Positions 39,818 through 47,540 of a stretch of 64,000 nt of DNA are shown piece by piece. Source of the stretch: Sedimentisphaerales bacterium. GTDB lineage: Bacteria; Planctomycetota; Phycisphaerae; Sedimentisphaerales; SM23-30. How positions within the stretch are numbered: position 1 is the stretch's first letter; every line of letters starts with the position of its first letter. The stretch is from the NCBI GenBank assembly GCA_963666285.1, contig OY762711.1; one strand, written 5' to 3'. Under the pieces are notes generated by a model. The model was given only the letters and a program-made list of their open reading frames with translations, searched no databases and was not told the origin of the DNA. A program made the translations under genes and the position numbers.

Positions 39818-40999
39818 ATGGATGCAGCTCAAGCGGACAACCTTTCATATATCTATATAGATTCCAACGAAGCAATAGCCGAAGTATGTGAAAAAATGCA
39901 GCATGCAGATGCCGTTGCTATCGATATCGAATGTGACAGTCTATACCATTATTATGAAAAAGTTTGCCTGCTTCAACTTTCATTTTCCGGTGTAAACTAT
40001 TTAATAGACACACTTTGTGGAATTGGCGTCGGTCAGGTACTGGATGTCTTATCACGTCAGAAGATCATCGTGCACTGCGGTGATTATGATTTCCGGATGC
40101 TGCGAAAATGCTATGGCTTTTTGCCCAGGGGCGAGGTTTTTGATTCCTGGATAGCTGCCCGGCTATTGGGATTTGAACGGGTTTCACTGTCAGATCTGGT
40201 TAGGACCATGCTGGATGTTGACCTGCCGAAAAGCTCACAGAAATCCGACTGGTCGCGCAGACCCTTGTCAGATAAGCAGATAGAATACGCAGTAAGAGAC
40301 ACCTGCTACCTGGAACAGCTGGCAGGCAAGCTATCAGATACGCTGGAGGCTAAGGGCCGCAGCCAATGGAACGAGCAAGGCGTCCAAGAGATGCTCCAGC
40401 GAGCCAGTTTTACCGAAGAGCAGGAAAACAATAACCCAGATAAAGTATGGCGTATAAAGGGTTTAAATAAATTATCCACCCGTCAGCTGGAATATGTCCG
40501 GCAGTTGTGGTTCTGGCGTGACATACTGGCCAGGAAGATGGACCGGCCACACTTTAAGGTGATGTCGAATTCAATGATAATAGATATCGCTATCTGGGCC
40601 TCCAAACACCATCACCATAGTAAACCGGTTACTGCCATCAAAGGCGTTAGAATGCCTAAGACCCTTAATGGAAAGCGTTTAGAAAGTTTTACCCGGGCAC
40701 TGAACCGAGGCCATAAAACAGCAGATGCCAAGCTGCCGCCAAGAAGACTGCCGGTGGATAACAGCGATTATGATGAGAATTATGCACTGCTGGACGTCGA
40801 ACCATATCAGAAGGCATGCTGCCAGGTAGCCGAGAAGCTTGGAATTGAGCCGCCAATACTGGTGACTCGCGCTCAATGGTATAAGATTCTGATCGAAATG
40901 CCGGGCGATATAGATGAGATTTTACAGAAAGCCGAGATACTTCCCTGGAAATATGAGTATATCAAGGAAATGCTCAACATGGTCGAATCCGGTAGCTAA
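39818..40999 (+). CDS. rnd: Ribonuclease D (DEDDy exonuclease + HRDC)
   Basis: AIDIECDS..YYEKVCLLQ, HCGDYDF, FDSWIAARLLG, SDWSRRPLS..QIEYAVRD, WRDILARKMDRP. Confidence 0.88.
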   Translation: MDAAQADNLSYIYIDSNEAIAEVCEKMQHADAVAIDIECDSLYHYYEKVCLLQLSFSGVNYLIDTLCGIGVGQVLDVLSRQKIIVHCGDYDFRMLRKCYGFLPRGEVFDSWIAARLLGFERVSLSDLVRTMLDVDLPKSSQKSDWSRRPLSDKQIEYAVRDTCYLEQLAGKLSDTLEAKGRSQWNEQGVQEMLQRASFTEEQENNNPDKVWRIKGLNKLSTRQLEYVRQLWFWRDILARKMDRPHFKVMSNSMIIDIAIWASKHHHHSKPVTAIKGVRMPKTLNGKRLESFTRALNRGHKTADAKLPPRRLPVDNSDYDENYALLDVEPYQKACCQVAEKLGIEPPILVTRAQWYKILIEMPGDIDEILQKAEILPWKYEYIKEMLNMVESGS

Positions 41000-41030
41000 G
41001 TATATATAATAATGGAGCTTATGAGTTTTT

Positions 41031-41435
41031 ATGCACTTTAATAAAGGCAGACAAGACAAAGATGAAGGTCTGAATTTCACCGCTATGATAGATGTGGTGT
41101 TTCTGCTGCTGATATTCTTTATGTGTACAGCTTCGGTGCAGCTGCCCGAAAGTGAGATCAAGGCCGCCATTCCCGGCAGCTCCAATACCGTACCGGAGTT
41201 TCAGCCGGTGCGAATCGATATAAATACTGTTGGAGAAAATATTTCTGTAACTTGTGACGGCCGGCTCTGTGAAAATGACAGCACATTGAGCAGCCATATA
41301 TCCGCCCGTAGCCAGATAGCCGATCTGCCGGTTATCTTTTCTATTGATGACAATGTTGAGTTTGACGATATCGTGCATGTAATGGACATATGCCGACAAT
41401 CCGGCCTCAAAAAGCTTGCCATACCTACTAACTAG
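41031..41435 (+). CDS. exbD: Biopolymer transport protein ExbD/TolR
   Basis: LNFTAMIDVVFLLLIFFM; D..VEFDDIVHVMD.C..SG. Confidence 0.88.
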   Translation: MHFNKGRQDKDEGLNFTAMIDVVFLLLIFFMCTASVQLPESEIKAAIPGSSNTVPEFQPVRIDINTVGENISVTCDGRLCENDSTLSSHISARSQIADLPVIFSIDDNVEFDDIVHVMDICRQSGLKKLAIPTN

Positions 41436-41545
41436 CCCTATCCACCTGCTTTGGTACAACCAATTTTAAGCAAAACTGGTACTTCCATTTCTGTTTTTTG
41501 TCAGGTCGTTTTTACTTTCATGTTATCCCCTGAGGAATTGTGCAG

Positions 41546-42145
41546 TAATACGCGTGAAAACTTGCCGCGGGCAGCGAAACTCCATCGGCTACCTGCGGAG
41601 ACCTCGCGGCGGGTGTACGGAGGTATCGCGGCGGCAAGCGGCGGCAGCGCGGCGTTAAAAAGAGAAACGGCGGCTCGTCCCGGCGAACGTCGATCAACGG
41701 CGGGCTATTGAGACAGCGCGACGGTTAGCGGCGGCTTACGGAGGCCCAACGGATTAGCGCGGCGGCGAGAAGAGCTCTTCTTACCTTACGGCATACCTAC
41801 GGAGGCTACGCGGCGATAGTACGGCGGCCAACGGAGGGTACGCGGCGGGCCACGGAGCCATAACGGCGAATATTCACTCTGTGCCAATCCGCCGGATTTT
41901 CACCACTGGGCTGACCAGATGCCGCTCCGCGGCATCTGAAGTGTAAAGGGTAAAATAAAAAGAGTAAAGGAGGTGTCCCGATGTACATCGGGACGACTTA
42001 TTTTAAAGCTGACGCGTGAGTAAATTTTATATCAAAATTGCAGTATCTGTCTGAAATCTGAAAATTAAGAGGAGTGGTGAGCTACGCTAAATTAAAAATG
42101 AAAAATTAAGGTGTCCTGATGTACGTTGACCAGGAATAATTCGCA
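41546..42145 (+). repeat. Large inverted repeat, right copy (helically phased CGGMGG array + REP-like hairpins)
   Basis: Reverse complement of 37385-37995; palindromes at 41768-81, 41916-38 and 41975-94. Confidence 0.92.
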
Positions 42146-42960
42146 TTTGCGGACAACTTGTTTTAAACGGCTACGCCTTATAAGAGAACCGCTGATGAAC
42201 ACCGATGCACACCGATAAAGAAAAGAAATGGAAAGCGATTGGCAGATGAGCAGTAGAACAGGAAAGTTGAAGTTCAAGTAATTTTGAAATGATTTATTTC
42301 TCGCAAAGACCGCGAAGCTCGCAAAGGATTTGAGCTGTGAATAATGAAATGGTAAATACTGACTAATACTGTCTGGGCAAAAAACGGTTGTAATTTTTTG
42401 GTAATTGGAATATGTTTTGGGGAGTGGGTATTAATTTGCGGGCAGATTGTTTTAAACGGCTACGCCTTATAAGAGAACCACTGATAAACACCGATGCACA
42501 CCGATAAAGAAAAGAAATGGAAAGCGATTGGCAGATGAGCAGTAGAGCAGGAAAAGGAAAGTTGAAGTTCAAGTAATTTTGAAATGATTTATCTCTCGCA
42601 GAGACCGCGAAGCTCGCAAAGGAATTGAGCTGTGAATAATGAAATGGTAAATACTGACTAATACTGTCAGGGCAAAAAACGGTTGTAATTTTTTGGTAAT
42701 TGGAATATGTTTTGGGGAGTGGGTATTAATATGCTGACAGTTTGTTTTAAGCGGCTACGCCTTATAAGCGAACCACTGATAAACACCGATGCACACCGAT
42801 AAAGAAAGAAAAAATGGAAATCGATTGGCAGATGAGCAGTAGAACAGGAAAAAGAAAGTTGAAGTTCAAGTAATTTTGAAATGATTTATCTCTTGCAGAG
42901 GATTTGAGCTGTAAATAATAAAACAGTAAATATTGGCTAATACTGTCTGTCAAAAAACGG
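42145..42960. repeat. Non-coding tandem repeat, ~290-bp unit x ~2.8
   Basis: TTGTTTTAA(A/G)CGGCTACGCCTTATAAG recurs at 42158, 42447 and 42742 with colinear downstream sequence. Confidence 0.93.
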
Positions 42961-43097
42961 TCGTATAAAAATGACAAATACCGGAGGCACTTGCGTCTTC
43001 ACCTTTGGCAACGACGCGACGGAGATGTGCCTATTTAAACCGCCTGTTGACGTAAATACCATTCCTGCAATTTTGCTGATGTTCGCAGATAATAATA

Positions 43098-44537
43098 TTA
43101 TTTTTGCCATAGCCAGTCAGCTGCAAATTGGGCGAGGTCGGCCAGGTCGATATTGTTATCGTTGTTGCTGTCGTGACGGTGGCGGTGTTCCATAGTGAAA
43201 GTATAATTACCGCCGGCCTGACCGTCATTGTCACCGTCGATTGAGTTGCCGGTTGCTGAACTTACAACGGAGTCTTTTACAATGATAGTGTATTTATCAT
43301 TGAGTAGAGTTTCGCCGAAAGCAATGATAAGAAATGAGCTACCGCTGCCGGTAACGCTAAGCGGAATGGTTTCGCCGGTTTCGTTAGTGATTTCAATATC
43401 ACTGTTGTTGAACTCTATGATATCGTTGAAGAACAGGGTTGCAGAATCTATACCGTTCTCGTTGGTATATACACCATCAGTTGGATTTTTCGGTTCGCGC
43501 ATGACAAATTCGGGGCCAATAGTTACAGCGTCAGCTTTATAGATATGCCATATGCCGTTAGCATCTGATACATACATATGCATACTGTCGTCGCTGACAG
43601 TTATTGACTCAATATTATAAAACCCCTTGGCAAATTCACTATCGGAACCATCCGGTTCAACTGCTTGAACCGCATTAGTATAGCGTTCGGTGACATATAA
43701 TTGTTGGCCAAACGAACCGCCATTGCTAAAGGCGAGGTCACGATATTGTCGACTGTTTGTATGGACAGGTGAATTTAACTCAGACCATACCCATTCAGTT
43801 TCAATATTATATAATTGATAGATTACACATTTTTGGTCATGGTTATAATCCCAATCTACCATAGTCAATCTTCCATTATATAACCCAGTTGAGTCGGTTT
43901 TCATACCCCAAATATCTAGGTCTGTTCTTCCTATTGGAAGTGAATTTTGAGATATCTTAGTCATGTTGAAACTAGTGTCTGCAATGTACAAGCTAGAACC
44001 ACCAGTAACATGTCCATCAACGAGAATTATATTAGCATTAGATGATTTATCGATAACAAAATCAAATATGCAACATAAATAATCAGAACTGTCTCCAAGA
44101 GCAGATTCAACTGTAAATTGATTCATTCCAGAAAGACGAATTAAATTAGTCCTATTTGTTTCATTATTATTATCGCTGTCGTATTGTACTGATATGAAAA
44201 GCTCACTACTAAACTGACCGGTCCAATCAAAACGAATTGAACGAACATCGCTAACATTCGGGTAGCCACTTTTAATTCCTATTGATGTTACAATTCCATT
44301 AGATATCCTAAAAACTTTAAGTATCCCATTATCAACACCAGCAGCAACTACACCTGTGCCATAAGCTGGATTTCTAACTGCTTCCAGTCTAGGTGTTTGG
44401 CCGTCCAGAGCAGATATGATATGTGTTACGACAAAATTTGTATCAGGATTGCCATCTGGTCCAACTACATATGGGTCAGCAAAAACTAAAGCAGGCAAGC
44501 AGAGAGTGATTGTTAAACTTAAAATAGTAGACTTCAT
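43098..44537 (-). CDS. Secreted protein (possible beta-propeller region, Ig-like domain, dockerin-like tail)
   Basis: MKSTILSL signal; 'YTIIVKDSV...GNSIDGDNDGQAGGNYTF'; 'DSNNDNNIDLADLAQFAADWL'. Confidence 0.7.
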   Translation of the reverse strand: MKSTILSLTITLCLPALVFADPYVVGPDGNPDTNFVVTHIISALDGQTPRLEAVRNPAYGTGVVAAGVDNGILKVFRISNGIVTSIGIKSGYPNVSDVRSIRFDWTGQFSSELFISVQYDSDNNNETNRTNLIRLSGMNQFTVESALGDSSDYLCCIFDFVIDKSSNANIILVDGHVTGGSSLYIADTSFNMTKISQNSLPIGRTDLDIWGMKTDSTGLYNGRLTMVDWDYNHDQKCVIYQLYNIETEWVWSELNSPVHTNSRQYRDLAFSNGGSFGQQLYVTERYTNAVQAVEPDGSDSEFAKGFYNIESITVSDDSMHMYVSDANGIWHIYKADAVTIGPEFVMREPKNPTDGVYTNENGIDSATLFFNDIIEFNNSDIEITNETGETIPLSVTGSGSSFLIIAFGETLLNDKYTIIVKDSVVSSATGNSIDGDNDGQAGGNYTFTMEHRHRHDSNNDNNIDLADLAQFAADWLWQK

Positions 44538-45061
44538 TATATTGATCCTCAAATAAAATTTATCTTTATTCGTAACTTGAAGGTGAATTACAAGCGGGTA
44601 TAAAAGCAATTTCCAGAGGTCACCTAAATAATAAGCAACCATCAAAATTTACGTCCTATAACTGTGTATATGATAGCTGTCATTTTTTGAAAAAACAAGT
44701 ATTTGTAAATGATTTCATGATGGGAGCAGGGTTTGAGGTGGTTGTGTGTTTGGGTTATGTTTATTTTTTATAAGTATTTATGTGGATTTTGGTAATATGT
44801 TTTTGTGTAAAATTTATGCAATGGGTGAAAAAATGTAATTTATGCGGTTTTGGCGGGGTATAAGTAGTTGTGTAAGTAAAAGCGTTAAAAAATGTGATAA
44901 AAGATATGAGTGGCAACGGAGGTGAGACGATAGTAGTTGGGAGGTTTTACCGGTGTAGTTATTTTTATTGAGAATTACGATAATTGCCTGTATATTAAGG
45001 GTTTGTTGAAAGTTTTTATGCCGGAATGAAGGCGAGATTCAGAAAGATAAGGGTTTGAAAC

Positions 45062-47428
45062 TTGTACAAACGGTCGATTAACATATTGCTGCTGTTGCTA
45101 TTTTATGCCGGGATGGTTATGGGCCAGGTGGTGGTCAATGAAGTTGAGGAGAGCAAGATAGAGTCCGGTGTGGAAGTGTCGGTCAGCAGGTTAACCGTGG
45201 AAGAGCAGGTAGAGCAGTTGATACTGGATGCCTTTGGCGATACGGACGGTTATGTCGAGCTGCTTGATAAGGCGCAGGCTTTGGCGAAGGATATGCCCGA
45301 AGGAAAGTCAGGATTTTTCGAAGTGTATATTAACCAGAGCAAGCTTCGGATAGCGGCGTCCAAGGTTAGTGTAAGGCTGGAGAATGGCGAAGAGGGAGTA
45401 GAATTGTCGATGCAGGCGAGGCTGCTGGCGAAAGGGCTGGCGGAGTCTGCCGAACAGATGGAAGAGTTGAAAGCCGGGCTGAATAAGAAGCTTGAAGATA
45501 TCAAGATGTATAACCGTAAGCAGCGAGGGCGGATGCTGGGGTTGATAAGTCGCTGCGAATATAGTAACGGCTGGGTGTATTATTCGATATCGACAATAGC
45601 AGGAAACGGTTTGAAGGAGCATTTCTTAAGCGAGGCGGAGAAGATCTTTACGCGTTTTCTGGCGAAGGACTATCAGGCAGTGAATCTGCCGGTAATGGTG
45701 AACTGCCTGTATGGTAAGGGTCTGTGCCTGAGAGATTCCGGCAGGTATTATGATCTGCTGGTGATGCTGGATACGATGTCGGTGAGTGATTCCAATGCGG
45801 TAAAGTTTGCACGATTGCGGCTGGCGGCTTCGGTGAAGCTGAGTTTGAGTGTCGAGATATTGAGGGTGGTGCAGGAGTATTTTGAAGATGATGCAATTGA
45901 TAAGCGTCTGACGGGTGAGGAGCTGGAGATGCTGGTGAATTGTATCGAGGCGGGCGTCAGGCTGCTGGACAGGGATTTGCCGATAAAGATGAAAATGTCT
46001 TTGCGAAAGCAGCTGGTTAAGGCGATAGACCGTACAGAAGGTTACGGTCAGTACTGGCAGGACCGGGTGAGCGATTTACTGGGTGATCTGGATTTGAAGA
46101 GTCCTTATGTTAAGCTGCTGCAGGCTTACGATGAATCGGCTGACGGTCGAGACTACGAAAAGATATTCAGCCTGGCAGATGATGGTCTGAAGTTATGTGA
46201 TGAAAGTGAGCCGGAAAAGAAGAGTGAATTTTTGTATTTGAAGGTAATATCAAGCTGGAACTCGAAGAAATTTGACGATGCGTGGGGTTCGGCATATCTA
46301 TTTATGGAAGAGTTTCCCGGTAATGTTCATAGTGAGCAGGTGGCCGGGATATTATGCCAGGTTTCGATAAAGATAGTAGAGCAGGACCGGGCCAGGTTCA
46401 AGGAAGTTTACGGTAAATTGGCCGGTATGCTGGATAAGGGGCAGGTTGATAGCGAGGAGTATATGTGGACGAGCGGGTGTCTGCTAATTAATGCCGGGGA
46501 ATACAAGGAAGGGTATGAGTATTTCCACCAGGAGGAAGTGGTTGAAGTGCTGGAGGTAAAGAGCTATTACGGCATGCTGCTGGCGGTATTGCCGATGATG
46601 AGGGAGGGTGAGCTAACGGACCGCGAGGCAGTTGACAGTGTTGAGGAGTGCTGCAGGGAGTTTACCGCGAGTAATGGAAGTTTTGTGCAGACCAGCCACT
46701 TTGTCGAGGCGGCAGATATAATATGCGAGATAGCCAGTGAGCTTTTGGGCAGAGAGAAGTACGATCTTGCGGGGCGAATACTGGGTCTGGTAGAGTTTAT
46801 GCCGCATATTCGGGGTGAAATATTCGCAAAATATATGGGAGTAAATATATCTTATCGACTGGCGATGGGCGGCAGGCTGGATGAATTTATCGATGAGATA
46901 ACAAGTAAGAATCTGCATAATGATCCTAAGATATTTAACCTGCTGGTGAGTGAATCACGCAAACTTGAGATGGCGGCCGAGAAAGAAAATGAGCTGTTGA
47001 TACGGATATACCGGCTGCTGCTGAGCAGTAAGCTGCTGGATGATAAGAATGCGGTGGCGGTACGAATATACCTGGCACAATGTTATTACGGCAGCGGCGA
47101 TTACGTTCATTTTTTGAACCTGGCGGAGTCGATTGTAAAAAGTTACCCGATGCATGTTACTGTGGTTTTTTATCGCCAGATGGCGGTATCGTATCGAGAG
47201 GAGGGAGATTATGTCCGTTCGGCAGAATACTGGAATATGGTTTTACAGAATAGTGTCGAGATGAAAGAAGGCTGGAAAGAGGCTTTGTATAATAAGATTT
47301 TCTGTTATAATAAGGGCGGCGAGCGGGAGAAAGCAAGCCAGATCATGAATCTGGCGTTATTACGCAGGCCAGAGCTATTGGAGGAAGAGCGGTTTAAGAC
47401 ATTGAAGGGCGAGATGGGTAATGAGTAA
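45062..47428 (+). CDS. Large secreted alpha-helical (TPR-like) hypothetical protein
   Basis: Signal peptide; TPR-like helices (CLYGKGLCL, YLAQCYYGSGDY, WKEALYNKIFCY). Confidence 0.65.
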   Translation: MYKRSINILLLLLFYAGMVMGQVVVNEVEESKIESGVEVSVSRLTVEEQVEQLILDAFGDTDGYVELLDKAQALAKDMPEGKSGFFEVYINQSKLRIAASKVSVRLENGEEGVELSMQARLLAKGLAESAEQMEELKAGLNKKLEDIKMYNRKQRGRMLGLISRCEYSNGWVYYSISTIAGNGLKEHFLSEAEKIFTRFLAKDYQAVNLPVMVNCLYGKGLCLRDSGRYYDLLVMLDTMSVSDSNAVKFARLRLAASVKLSLSVEILRVVQEYFEDDAIDKRLTGEELEMLVNCIEAGVRLLDRDLPIKMKMSLRKQLVKAIDRTEGYGQYWQDRVSDLLGDLDLKSPYVKLLQAYDESADGRDYEKIFSLADDGLKLCDESEPEKKSEFLYLKVISSWNSKKFDDAWGSAYLFMEEFPGNVHSEQVAGILCQVSIKIVEQDRARFKEVYGKLAGMLDKGQVDSEEYMWTSGCLLINAGEYKEGYEYFHQEEVVEVLEVKSYYGMLLAVLPMMREGELTDREAVDSVEECCREFTASNGSFVQTSHFVEAADIICEIASELLGREKYDLAGRILGLVEFMPHIRGEIFAKYMGVNISYRLAMGGRLDEFIDEITSKNLHNDPKIFNLLVSESRKLEMAAEKENELLIRIYRLLLSSKLLDDKNAVAVRIYLAQCYYGSGDYVHFLNLAESIVKSYPMHVTVVFYRQMAVSYREEGDYVRSAEYWNMVLQNSVEMKEGWKEALYNKIFCYNKGGEREKASQIMNLALLRRPELLEEERFKTLKGEMGNE

Positions 47429-47540
47429 TTGATGCCGGTTATGATCAGTGTTTTTTTGCATGGATAAAGGCAAAAGTTTGAATTTATTTGTGAAAATATT
47501 AATCAGGAGAGCGAAGTTTTAAGTTTTCGGAAATTGCATT

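Noticed and set aside
37550..42572. Small ORFs in the inverted and tandem repeats (37550-37741, 37675-37926, 41451-41711, 41806-41988, 42092-42277, 42363-42572)
   Set aside because: Products are low-complexity or repeat-derived, match no family I recognise, and differ in length between copies.
42145..42960. CRISPR array
   Set aside because: Units are ~290 bp and near-identical throughout, with no unique spacers and no cas genes.
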